Shown piece by piece: positions 9,496 to 19,001 of a stretch of 64,000 bases of DNA. A model generated the notes under the pieces. It saw only the letters and a list, made by a program, of their open reading frames with translations. It was not told the origin of the DNA and ran no database searches. Origin of the DNA: an uncultured Chloroflexia bacterium (GTDB lineage Bacteria; Chloroflexota; Limnocylindria; Limnocylindrales; CSP1-4). The stretch is taken from NCBI GenBank assembly GCA_963707215.1, contig CAVPPB010000003.1, positions 1,024,001 to 1,088,000 on the forward strand, written 5' to 3'. Every line of letters starts with the position of its first letter. The first letter of the stretch is position 1. A program made the position numbers and the translations under genes.

Positions 9496-9646
9496 CGCGG
9501 GTAGACCTCCGTCGCCCGAGGGCGTCCAGGGGGCGACCGTCCGACTGCGCTCCACAAGGGCCGGTGATGGCCGCCGCTCCCAGAGACTACACCCGTCAGG
9601 TGCCCGACGATACCCCGGACGGACGCCGTGCCGGTGGGGTCGCGGG

Positions 9647-10030
9647 CTACGGGACGGAGGTCCCCTGGCGACCGTAGTCGTCCTCGAGCCGGACCACGTC
9701 GTCGAGCTCGGGAGTGGAGACCTCCATGAGCTCGGTCGTCTCGATCGCCTCGTAGCGGTGGATCCGCCCGGTGGCCACCCGCCGATGCTCGCCGGGGCCG
9801 ATCTCGCTGACCGCGACGACGCCGTCGTCGCCCTCGAGGTACAGCCGCAGCAGGCCCGACAGGACGTAGATCAATTCGTCCTTGACCAGGTGCTTCTGGA
9901 GCGAGAGCCGCTGGCCGGCGTCGATATGGAGGAGCTTGCCGACGTAGTGGTCGGTCTCGGCCCAGATGGACTCGAAGCCCCAGGGCTTGGCGACGCGTCG
10001 GCCGCCGGCGTCGACCGGACCGGCGCTCAT
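9647..10030 (-). CDS. Cupin, mannose-6-phosphate isomerase type II-like
   Basis: KPWG, RLSLQKH..KDE, DDVVRLEDDYGR; coupled to the PMM gene. Confidence 0.85.
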   Translation of the reverse strand: MSAGPVDAGGRRVAKPWGFESIWAETDHYVGKLLHIDAGQRLSLQKHLVKDELIYVLSGLLRLYLEGDDGVVAVSEIGPGEHRRVATGRIHRYEAIETTELMEVSTPELDDVVRLEDDYGRQGTSVP

Positions 10031-11508
10031 CGCCCGCGGACCAGCCGCTCACCGGCAGCGATGAGCGCGTCGCGGGTCTCGGGCGAGGTGGCCTCCGTGT
10101 AGACCCGGACCAACGGCTCGGTGCCGCTCGACCGCACCAGCAGCCAGGAGCCGTCGCCGACGAAGAACTTGTAGCCGTCGTTGGTCTCGAGCGGCAACGT
10201 CCGGACGACGTCCTGGCCATCGAGGGTCTCGGGCGCGTGCTCACGGAGGTCGACCAGGAGGCGCTGCTTGACGGCTGCGTACTCCGATCGATCGAAGTGG
10301 ACGTCGATGCGCCGGTAGAACGAGGGCCCGGCGATCTCGTGGAAATGCTCGATGGCCCGCGACGCGGGCCATCGGCCGGCGGCGCGCTCCTTGAGGAACA
10401 GGTCCAGGAGCAGCAGGTCGGCGTAGATGCCGTCCCGCTCGGGCAGGTGCATCCCGAACCCGTAGCCGCCCGACTCCTCGGCGCCCATCATCGCCCCGGT
10501 CTCGAGCATCCGGGGACCGATGAACTTGAAGCCGACCGAGGTTTCGTGGACGTCGATGCCGTAGCGCTCACCCAGCCGCGGCGCCATCGACGTGTTGTTG
10601 ACGCTCTCGACGACCGGCTGGCGGAGGCTCCGATGCTCGGCCAGGTAGTACATCAGCAGGCCGGTGACCTGGAGCTGGTGGATGAAGGTGCCCTGCTCGT
10701 CGGCCGCTCCTGCCCGGTCGGCGTCGCCGTCGAGGAACAGGCCCAGGTCGTAGTCGCCGGCCTCCAGCATCCCCAGGGCCTCGTCGAGCCAGGGCCGGAT
10801 CGGCTCCGGGTTGATGCCGCCGAAGTACGGGTTGCGCTCCCGGTGGATCTCGGTCACCTGGATCCGCCCCCCGGAGAGGAGCCGCGGGATCCAGCCGGCG
10901 CCGGAGCCGTACATCGGGTCGACGAGGACCTTGACGTCGGCGTCCCGGAGCGCGTCGAGGTCGAGCGTCCGGCGGACGAACCGCTCGTACCCGGCGAAGG
11001 GGTCGAAGCGCTCGATCAGGCCGGCCGCCTCTCCCTCGGCGAACGGACGCCGGTCGATCGCCCGGCCGGCGTTCTCGGCGATGGCGCCCTCGATGACGGC
11101 CAGGATCTCCGGGCCGGCCGCCGACCCGGTCGGGGCCTTGACCTTGAAGCCATTGTCCGTCCACGGGTTGTGGCTGGCCGTGATGACGATGCCGGCCGCC
11201 GCGCCTCGCTCTACGACCTCGTAGGACGACATCTGGGTCGGCACGGCCTCGACCGCGAAGACGACCGGGATGTCATGAGCCGTCACGACCTCGGCGGCGG
11301 CCATGGCGAAGTGCTCCGAGGCGAACCGACGGTCGTAGGCGATGACGACGCCGCGGCTCGCGGCACCCTGCTCCGTCACCAGCCGGGCCACGCCGTCGGC
11401 GCAGCGCCGGACGCTTTCGAAGGTGAACTCATCGGCGATGCGGGCCCGCCAGCCGTCGGTGCCGAAGACGATCCTCGTCGGCTCGGGACGTTCGGAGATG
11501 ATGCTCAC
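10027..11508 (-). CDS. manB: Phosphomannomutase/phosphoglucomutase
   Basis: FGTDGWR, TASHNP, DGDADR, AEESGG and RSSGTEP motifs. Confidence 0.93.
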   Translation of the reverse strand: MSIISERPEPTRIVFGTDGWRARIADEFTFESVRRCADGVARLVTEQGAASRGVVIAYDRRFASEHFAMAAAEVVTAHDIPVVFAVEAVPTQMSSYEVVERGAAAGIVITASHNPWTDNGFKVKAPTGSAAGPEILAVIEGAIAENAGRAIDRRPFAEGEAAGLIERFDPFAGYERFVRRTLDLDALRDADVKVLVDPMYGSGAGWIPRLLSGGRIQVTEIHRERNPYFGGINPEPIRPWLDEALGMLEAGDYDLGLFLDGDADRAGAADEQGTFIHQLQVTGLLMYYLAEHRSLRQPVVESVNNTSMAPRLGERYGIDVHETSVGFKFIGPRMLETGAMMGAEESGGYGFGMHLPERDGIYADLLLLDLFLKERAAGRWPASRAIEHFHEIAGPSFYRRIDVHFDRSEYAAVKQRLLVDLREHAPETLDGQDVVRTLPLETNDGYKFFVGDGSWLLVRSSGTEPLVRVYTEATSPETRDALIAAGERLVRGR

Positions 11509-12635
11509 GCGGTGGCCTCCCTGGGGCTGCAGCGGTCGAGGAGCGACTCCACGAGCGGGCGGTCGGACCGGGCACCGGAGAGCAGGGCCACCGGGCCGTC
11601 GGGGTCGAGGATACCGTCCCGTGGCCCGACCCCGATCCCGAGCCGGTCGCCCGCGCGGAAGACGACCAGGTCGTCCGGCCCGACCGTCGCCGACTCGCCC
11701 GGCTGGACGACCCGCCCGCTGCCAGTCGCCCCGACCGCCGCGAGCAAGGCCGCCCAGCCCCCGAGGTCGCTCCAGCCGACGTCCATCGCCGCGCTGACGA
11801 CCCGCCCGTCAGCGGCGGCAGGTTCCATCACCGCGAAGTCGATCGACGTGGCCCGGACCGAATCGTAGACGTCGGCCAGGCGGTCCTCCGCAAGACCCCT
11901 GCGGATCGGCCCGATCACGTCCGGGGCGAACGTCTCCAGGGCATCCACGATCGCGCGGCGCCGCCACAGGAACATGCCCGCGTTCCAGGCGGTCCCGGGC
12001 TCCTCGAGCAGGACCACGGCGCGCTCGGCCGTGGGCTTCTCCTCGAAGCGAAGCAGCGGGCTGGCGGCCAGCCGTTGAGCCGACGCCACGGCCATGGCCT
12101 CCATCCGCGCCGGGTCGGGGACGAGGTAGCCATACTCGGTAGCCGGTCGGTCCGGCCGGATCCCCAGGGTGACCAGCGGCGATCCTATGCCGAACGCACC
12201 GCGGGCGAGCCGGGCGGCAGCTGCCAGCGTGCGCCGGAACCCGAGCTCATCGCCGATGACATGGTCGGCCGGCAGGACGACCATGACGTCGTCCGGGTCG
12301 CCGGAGCGGACGAGGGCAGCCAGGGCGATCGCCGGGGCCGTGTTCCGCCCGACCGGCTCCTCGATGACCGCCACGTCGGGTAGCTGGGACCGGACCAGTG
12401 GTACGTACCGCTCGGCGACGACGATGGCCACCCTGGAAGGATCCTCGACGCACGGATCCGGACCGTCCGTCAGCCGGAGGACGGTCCGCTGGAGCAGCGT
12501 CGGCGCCCTGCCGTCGGGACCGGGCTCCAGGAGCGGCAGGAACGGCTTGGGTCGCGCGGGCGTGCTGAGGGGGTGGAGCCGCGTGCCGCCGCCCCCCGCG
12601 AGGATCACGACATCGATCGGCTGCTGGGTGTCCAT
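11505..12635 (-). CDS. manC: Mannose-1-phosphate guanylyltransferase (no fused cupin domain)
   Basis: ILAGGGGTRL, PKPFL, EPVGRNTAPA, PADH, FEEKP, WNAGMF, SIDFAVME, WSDLG. Start chosen at ATG 12635 behind a TAGAAT -10. Confidence 0.9.
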   Translation of the reverse strand: MDTQQPIDVVILAGGGGTRLHPLSTPARPKPFLPLLEPGPDGRAPTLLQRTVLRLTDGPDPCVEDPSRVAIVVAERYVPLVRSQLPDVAVIEEPVGRNTAPAIALAALVRSGDPDDVMVVLPADHVIGDELGFRRTLAAAARLARGAFGIGSPLVTLGIRPDRPATEYGYLVPDPARMEAMAVASAQRLAASPLLRFEEKPTAERAVVLLEEPGTAWNAGMFLWRRRAIVDALETFAPDVIGPIRRGLAEDRLADVYDSVRATSIDFAVMEPAAADGRVVSAAMDVGWSDLGGWAALLAAVGATGSGRVVQPGESATVGPDDLVVFRAGDRLGIGVGPRDGILDPDGPVALLSGARSDRPLVESLLDRCSPREATA

Positions 12636-12790
12636 CGAGACGGCGATTCTACGCGCCGCGGGGGTGCTGCCCGCCCGAGCCGGCGCGCGAACCGGTGCTT
12701 CCGCGTTGACGCGGTCCATGCCGGCCGCCTACCATGCCGCCACCCTCCAGCCCGCTGCGGGGATGGGCCGTCGACGTCGGAAGCGCGAGG

Positions 12791-13975
12791 ATGCCGGTGT
12801 CCGCTCCTGCCACCAGCCCCGCGGGGGCCAGCGCTCCAGCTAGCCGACACGGCGCCGCGGCGGCGGCCGACGTCGAGATCGTGGGCGTGACCAAGCGCTT
12901 CGGGGCGGTCACCGCCGTCGACACCATGGACCTGAGCATCGACCGCGGCGAGTTCTACTCGTTCCTCGGGCCGTCAGGCTGCGGCAAGACGACGACCCTC
13001 CGGATGATCGCTGGCTTCGAGAAGCCGACCGCCGGTGAGATCTTCCTCGAGGGCCAGCCGATCGCCGGGGTGCCGCCGTACCGGCGGAACGTCAACACGG
13101 TCTTCCAGCACTACGCGCTCTTCCCACACATGGACGTCGCACAGAACGTCGGCTACGGCCTTCGCCAGCGAGGGGTCAAGAAGGACGAGGAGAAGCGGCG
13201 CGTCGCCGAGGCACTCGAGCTGGTCCGCCTGGCCGGCTACGGCGACCGGCGGACCTGGGAGATGTCCGGTGGCCAGCAGCAGCGGGTCGCCCTGGCCCGG
13301 GCGCTCGTCAACCATCCCACCGTCCTCCTGCTCGACGAGCCGCTCGGCGCGCTCGACCGCAAGCTCCGCCACGAGATGCAGATCGAATTGAAGGCCCTCC
13401 AGCGCGAGGTCGGGATCACGTTCGTCTACGTGACCCACGACCAGGAGGAGGCGCTGACCATGAGCGACGTCATCGTCGTCATGCGCGATGGGCGCATCCA
13501 GCAGCAGGGCTCGCCTGAAGAGCTCTACCAGCGGCCGGTGAACCGGTTCGTGGCCGGGTTCATGGGCTCCTCCAACTTCTTCGAGGCCAAGGTCGTCGAC
13601 CAGGACCGGGCGGGCGGGACCGCCAGGGTCGAGACGGCCAGCGGCGTGAGGATGGTCGGCACCGTGACCGACCGCGATGCGCTGCTGAAGGCCGGGGACC
13701 CGGTCACCGTTGCAGTCAGGCCGGAGCGGTTCCGGCTCGAGCCCGGGGACACGACCGGCGAGACCGAGGACGCCTGGACGACGATCCCCGGCCGGGTCGC
13801 CCAGGGCACCTACCTGGGTGACCAGACTGAGTACCGGGTCGCCACCGACGCCGTCGGCGAGCTGGTCATCCGCCGCCAGAACGAGACAGCGGACGAGCAC
13901 CTCCGGGGTTTCGGCCCCGGCGAACCGGTCGTGATGTCCTGGCATCGCGACGCCAATCTCGTCCTGGCCACCTGA
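12791..13975 (+). CDS. potA: Spermidine/putrescine ABC transporter ATPase
   Basis: GPSGCGKTT, VNTVFQHYALFPH, MSGGQQQR, C-terminal TOBE-like region; exact start uncertain. Confidence 0.9.
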   Translation: MPVSAPATSPAGASAPASRHGAAAAADVEIVGVTKRFGAVTAVDTMDLSIDRGEFYSFLGPSGCGKTTTLRMIAGFEKPTAGEIFLEGQPIAGVPPYRRNVNTVFQHYALFPHMDVAQNVGYGLRQRGVKKDEEKRRVAEALELVRLAGYGDRRTWEMSGGQQQRVALARALVNHPTVLLLDEPLGALDRKLRHEMQIELKALQREVGITFVYVTHDQEEALTMSDVIVVMRDGRIQQQGSPEELYQRPVNRFVAGFMGSSNFFEAKVVDQDRAGGTARVETASGVRMVGTVTDRDALLKAGDPVTVAVRPERFRLEPGDTTGETEDAWTTIPGRVAQGTYLGDQTEYRVATDAVGELVIRRQNETADEHLRGFGPGEPVVMSWHRDANLVLAT

Positions 13976-14032
13976 GGCCGGGACCGAGGACCGAGGTCGC
14001 CGGGCAGCGTCCCGGCCGAGGAGGAGAGACTC

Positions 14033-15163
14033 GTGGACGATCTGAACAGGCTCCTTGCGAAGCCGGTCAATCGGCGATCGTTCCTGGCGGCCGCCGGCTT
14101 GACCGGAGCGGGTGTGGTCCTCGCGGCCTGCTCGTCCGACGGCGACGGCAACGGCGGGGGCGGCGGCAGCGACGTCGAGGACGCCCTCTACGTCTACAAC
14201 TGGTCGGACTACATCAACCCGGACAACATCGAGAAGTTCAAGGAAGAGTTCGGGGTCAACGAATTCATCTACGACATCTTCGCCAACAACGAGGAGCTGC
14301 TGGCCAAGCTCCAGGGTGGCGCCTCGGCCTACGACATCGCCTGCCCGACCGCCGAGTACATCCCGGCGATGCGAGAGGGCGGCTTCCTCGAGAAGCTCGA
14401 CCTGTCGCGTCTCCCGAACCTCCAAAACATCAACGAGACATTCAAGGGCCTCGCCTGGGACCCCACGGACGAGTACCAGGTGCCGAAGGACTACGGCACG
14501 ACCGGACTGCTCTACCGTTCGAAGCTGGTCAAGGAACCGTTGGACTCGTGGGCCGACTTCTTCGAGCTCGCCAAGGGGCCGTACAGCGGCAAGATCGTCG
14601 TCGTCGACTCGATGGGCGACGTCTTCGCGTTCCCGCTCAAGATGCTGGGCTACTCGCTCAACTCGGTCGACCCGGACGAGCTCGAGGAAGCGCGCAAGAT
14701 CCTGCTTGACCTGGCGCCGCACGTCGTCGCCCTCGACTCGGACCTCTACGGCGACAAGCTCGCCAGCGAGGAGGCGGCCATCGCCCTCGCCTGGACCGGC
14801 CCGCTCGTCGAACTCCGGGACAACCCGGAAACGGCCGACGCCGCCTGGGTGAACCCGTCAGAGGGGACCCTGTTCTGGCTCGACGTCTGGTGCATGCTGG
14901 CTGACGCGCCGCACCCGAATGCCTCGTATGCCTGGCTCGATTTCATCCATCGGCCGGAGATCCAGGGTGACGAGACGAACTACAACGGCTACGCGACGCC
15001 GAGCGACGCCGCCAAGGAGTTCGTCGACCCGGAGATCCTGGCCGACCCGGCGATCTTCCCGTCGGACGAGGTCATCGCGAAGCTCGAGGGCGCCGAGGAC
15101 ACCTCCGGCAACAACCAGCGGATCGAGATCTGGGAGGAGTTCAAGTCGAAGGTCGGCGGCTGA
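14033..15163 (+). CDS. potD: Polyamine-binding lipoprotein with Tat signal
   Basis: NRRSFL twin-arginine motif plus LAAC lipobox; VYNWSDYI, NEELLAKL, PSEGTLFWLD. Confidence 0.9.
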   Translation: MDDLNRLLAKPVNRRSFLAAAGLTGAGVVLAACSSDGDGNGGGGGSDVEDALYVYNWSDYINPDNIEKFKEEFGVNEFIYDIFANNEELLAKLQGGASAYDIACPTAEYIPAMREGGFLEKLDLSRLPNLQNINETFKGLAWDPTDEYQVPKDYGTTGLLYRSKLVKEPLDSWADFFELAKGPYSGKIVVVDSMGDVFAFPLKMLGYSLNSVDPDELEEARKILLDLAPHVVALDSDLYGDKLASEEAAIALAWTGPLVELRDNPETADAAWVNPSEGTLFWLDVWCMLADAPHPNASYAWLDFIHRPEIQGDETNYNGYATPSDAAKEFVDPEILADPAIFPSDEVIAKLEGAEDTSGNNQRIEIWEEFKSKVGG

Positions 15164-15191
15164 CCCGGATCCAGCCGATCACCCACCGACG

Positions 15192-16105
15192 ATGACGACG
15201 CTCACCGAGGCGGCACCGGCCGCCCAGGCGCCACCGGAGCCGAAGGAGCCCGGTCGCTGGAAGGGCGGGCTGCTGACGTTCCTGCTCATCCTGCCGGCCA
15301 GCTTCTGGTACTTCGTCCTGCTGCTGGTGCCGCTGGCGATCGTCGTCGTCTTCAGCTTCGGGACCCGGGCTCCGAACGGCGGCTACGCCCCGGACTTCAC
15401 CTTCAAGAACTACGCCGACGCGATCCAGAACCCGGATCCGTTCTTCCTGAGCCTCCGCCTCGCCTTCATGGGCACGCTGCTCTGCCTCTTTGTCGGGCTT
15501 CCGTTCGCCTATTTCCTGGCGACGCGCGCCGGCAATCGGAAGGGCCTGCTCATCCTGCTCATCGTCATCCCCTTCTGGACGAGCTTCCTCATCCGGACGT
15601 ACGCATGGCTGACGATCCTGGGCCCGAATTCCTTGCTGACTGGATCGGCTCCGTCACCGGCATCGAGGATTTCCGCATCCTCGGCTCCGAGGCTGCCGTC
15701 CTGGTCGGGATCGTCTACGGCTACCTGCCGCTGATGGTCTTCCCCTTGTTCGTCTCGCTCGAGCGGATGGACCGCAGCCTCGTCGAGGCCTCCAAGGACC
15801 TCGGGGCCGGGCGCTGGGCGACGTTCCGCCAGATCACCTTCCCGATCGCCCTGCCGGGGATCATCACCGGGTCGATCCTCGTGTTCATCCCGCTCATGGG
15901 CGAGTACGTCATCCCGGCGATCCTGGGCTACGGCCGCGTCTACCTCGTCGGTAATGCCCTGGTGACCAAATTCCTCGACGCCCGGAACTGGCCAGCCGGT
16001 GCGGCCCAGGCCGTCGGGCTGATCCTCATCATGTTCGTGACGATCACGTTCTACATGTGGTCGCTGAACCGCGGTCGCAAGACTCGCCAGATGAACGTCC
16101 TGTGA
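15192..16105 (+). CDS. potB: Polyamine ABC permease, split by a single-base frameshift near 15630
   Basis: Frame 1 gives ...IPFWTSFLIRTYAW; frame 2 continues ..YGYLPLMVFPL..EASKDLGA. One extra T in GAATTCC (15626-15632) restores a continuous ORF. Confidence 0.88.
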
Positions 16106-17049
16106 GCGCGCCCGCCATCCCAGCCAAGACCTCCGTCGCCGACGCCGGACGGAGCAGCAGCCGGGGCAGCCGCTTCGATGTCGACCGGCTCGTGAACCTC
16201 GGCTTCCGCGGCCAGGCGAGCCTCGTCTACCTGTTCCTCTACCTGCCGATCCTCGTCGTCGTCATCTTCAGCTTCAACGCCAACTCGCTGGCGACGGTCT
16301 GGACCGAATTCGACCTGAAGTGGTACGAGGTGGCGCTCAGTGACCCGGTCGTCCACCGGGCCCTTCAGAACAGCTTCATCGTCGCCATCTTCACCGCGAC
16401 CATCGCGACGACGGTCGGGACCATGGCGGCGCTCGGCCTGCAGCGGGTCCCGCGGGGCGTCCGGGCCCTCTACGACGGGCTGACCTACGTCTCGATCATC
16501 ATCCCGGAAGTCGTCATCGCCCTGGCGACGCTCGTCTTCTTCGCCCAGTCGTTCGACCTGCTCAACCCGATCCTCGGGGCGGCCGGGATCAAGCTGAACT
16601 TCGGGCACCCGACGATCATCGCGGCCCATGTCCTCTGGAACCTCAGCCTGGTCCTGCTCCTCGTCCGGGCACGGCTCGCGGGCATGGACCGGACGCAGGT
16701 CGAGGCCAGCTTCGACCTGTACGCGACCCCATGGCGGACCTTCCGCCAGGTGACGCTGCCGGCTCTGCTCCCGGCGATCGTGGCCGGGTTCCTGCTCGCG
16801 TTCACCTTCAGCTTCGATGACTACGTCATCACGTCGTTCGTGTCAGGGCCCGGGTCGTCCACGCTGCCGCTGTTCATCTTCGGCCAGATCAAGCGCGGGG
16901 TGACGCCGGAGACGAATGCGGTCGCCACGATGATCCTGGCGTTCACGATCGGCATCCTGCTCCTGGGCCAGGTGCTCCTGGCCTGGTCCGCCCGCCGGCG
17001 CGGCGGCTCCGGCGACTCGATGGCCGCGATCGTCGCCCAGCAGCGCTAG
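16102..17049 (+). CDS. potC: Polyamine ABC permease
   Basis: GTGA overlap; FLYLPILVVVIFSFN, EASFDL, FTFSFDD, TLPL. Confidence 0.9.
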   Translation: MSAPAIPAKTSVADAGRSSSRGSRFDVDRLVNLGFRGQASLVYLFLYLPILVVVIFSFNANSLATVWTEFDLKWYEVALSDPVVHRALQNSFIVAIFTATIATTVGTMAALGLQRVPRGVRALYDGLTYVSIIIPEVVIALATLVFFAQSFDLLNPILGAAGIKLNFGHPTIIAAHVLWNLSLVLLLVRARLAGMDRTQVEASFDLYATPWRTFRQVTLPALLPAIVAGFLLAFTFSFDDYVITSFVSGPGSSTLPLFIFGQIKRGVTPETNAVATMILAFTIGILLLGQVLLAWSARRRGGSGDSMAAIVAQQR

Positions 17050-17085
17050 CGGGGCGACGCGCAGGACCAGCGGAGCCCCGGGGCC

Positions 17086-18195
17086 CTACTCCGGCAGCAG
17101 TTCCGTCGAGATCAGGTCGTCGACCGTGACCGGGTTCGGGACCAGGTCGCCCTCGAGCGTGCCGAGATAGGCGATCGTGGCCGCCCATGCCGCCGGATCG
17201 ATCGCCCCCAGGCCCTCCCGATCGGTCAACGGGCTCTCCCAGGTCTCGATCGTCGCCTCGAGGACGGCCAGCTGGGCGTCGCGCTCCGGTTCGAGCTCGG
17301 GGACCGCCACCAGGGCCGCCTCGAGCCCGACCTCGGGCTCCGCGATGATGTCCTCCATCGCCCGCAGCGTCGCCGCGATGAACGCCCTGAGGGCTTCCGG
17401 TCGGTCGGCGGTGGTCGACTCGCCGACGATGAGCCCGTTGCCCGGCAGGGGTACGATGTCGTCCACCCGGAGGAGGACCGGATCGCCTCCCTCGAGCGCG
17501 AGCCGGACCGGCTCGTTGTTGACGAAGCCGGTCGCTGCGTCCACGGCGCCCTGCTGGACCCCGGCCAGTTGTCCGAAGTCCGGGTACTCGACGATGGTCG
17601 CATCGTCGGGGGCCAGGCCAGCCGAGCCCAGGATGGCCTGGAGCATGATCCAGCCGGACCCGAAGCGACCCGGGATCCCGATGCGTCGGCCCTCCAGGTC
17701 TTCGGCGCTGCGGATCCCCGAGCTCGCATCGCTGAAGATGACGTTGGGAAAGCGCGCATAGATCGTCGCCACGTAGCGGACCGGGATGCCCTGGCTGACC
17801 GCCGGGACGAGGCTCGTGCCATCGGCGAGGGCGAGATCGACCGAACCCTGGCCGACGAGGCGGATGAGGTCGGGGTCGATCTGGTTCTGGAACTCGACCT
17901 CCAGCCCGGCCTCCTCGTAGTAGCCGCGCTGGTCGGCGAGGTAGAACTGGGCGAACTGGACCGACGGGATGTAGCCGAGCCCCACGACGAGCCTGGTGGG
18001 CTCCGCCGGCGAGGCCGACGGGCTATCTGACATGCCCGGTGACGGGGACGGTGGGGTCGTCGAGGCCGTCGGGGCGGTTGCGCCGCCGCAGGCGGCAACC
18101 AGCAAGCCGACCACGGCGGCCGCGGCCAGGATGATGGATGGTCGCGATGCTCCGCGGACCGCACGTGGCGCGCCGGTTCGGGATGGATCGGTCAT
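17086..18195 (-). CDS. ribY: NMT1/THI5-like substrate-binding lipoprotein, probably riboflavin-binding (RibY-like)
   Basis: VAAC lipobox; GYIPSVQFAQFYLA; GFVNNEP; operon under an FMN riboswitch. Confidence 0.78.
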   Translation of the reverse strand: MTDPSRTGAPRAVRGASRPSIILAAAAVVGLLVAACGGATAPTASTTPPSPSPGMSDSPSASPAEPTRLVVGLGYIPSVQFAQFYLADQRGYYEEAGLEVEFQNQIDPDLIRLVGQGSVDLALADGTSLVPAVSQGIPVRYVATIYARFPNVIFSDASSGIRSAEDLEGRRIGIPGRFGSGWIMLQAILGSAGLAPDDATIVEYPDFGQLAGVQQGAVDAATGFVNNEPVRLALEGGDPVLLRVDDIVPLPGNGLIVGESTTADRPEALRAFIAATLRAMEDIIAEPEVGLEAALVAVPELEPERDAQLAVLEATIETWESPLTDREGLGAIDPAAWAATIAYLGTLEGDLVPNPVTVDDLISTELLPE

Positions 18196-18209
18196 GGGTC
18201 CTCCATGGG

Positions 18210-19001
18210 TCACGCTCGCGCGCCGACCAGGCGGCGCTCGACGAGCGTCATCAGGCCGTACAGGACGACGCCGAGCAAGGCGATCGTCAGAAGGGTGGCG
18301 AAGAGGAGTGGCGTGTCGAAGCTGCTACCGCGGGCGAGGTTGAGGAGCCAGCCGAGGCCGGCCTCTGCCCCGGCCCACTCGCCGATGACGGCACCGACGA
18401 CGGCCAGGGTGACCCCGACCCGCATCCCGCCGAGGATGGAGGGCAGGGCCGCCGGTACCTCGATGACGGTGAACAGCTGGCGTCGGGTGGCCCGGAGGCT
18501 GCGGCCGAGCTCGATGAGCCGCCGATCGACGCCGCGCAGGCCGACGGTCGTCGAGACCGCGACCGGGAAGAAGACGATGAGGGCGCAGATGACGACCTTG
18601 GAGACGAGGCCCGTCCCGAACCACAGGGCGAGGAGCGGAGCGAGGGCCAGGATCGGGGTCGACTGGGCCGCCACGAGGTACGGCGAGAACACCAGGCTGA
18701 TCCGCTCGGAGCGCGCCAATGCGCCACCGATGAACAGCCCGGCCCCGGCGCCGACGGCGAACCCGAGGAGCACCTCCACGAGGGTGGTCACCGTGTGCTC
18801 GACCAGGGTGCCATCGAGCCAGGCGGATCCGAAGCGCTCGAGGACCGCCAGCGGTCCCGGGAGGATGAACTCCGGGTAGGCGCCGACCCAGACGACGAGC
18901 TGCCAGGTCAGCAGGAAGCCGGCGAGACCGAGCAGGATCGCCCCGACCGCTCGCAGCCGATGGGTCGCGGTCTTCCGGTCGATGGTCCCGGCGCGAGCCA
19001 T
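18210..19001 (-). CDS. ribX: ABC permease (SsuC/RibX-like)
   Basis: LPGP, QSTPILALAPLL, VVGAVIGE..GA..GLG motifs. Confidence 0.8.
   Translation of the reverse strand: MARAGTIDRKTATHRLRAVGAILLGLAGFLLTWQLVVWVGAYPEFILPGPLAVLERFGSAWLDGTLVEHTVTTLVEVLLGFAVGAGAGLFIGGALARSERISLVFSPYLVAAQSTPILALAPLLALWFGTGLVSKVVICALIVFFPVAVSTTVGLRGVDRRLIELGRSLRATRRQLFTVIEVPAALPSILGGMRVGVTLAVVGAVIGEWAGAEAGLGWLLNLARGSSFDTPLLFATLLTIALLGVVLYGLMTLVERRLVGARA

Noticed and set aside
15192-16105. Programmed ribosomal frameshift in potB or kynU
   Set aside because: No slippery heptamer or stimulatory structure seen; single indels in short homopolymers are better explained as sequencing error.
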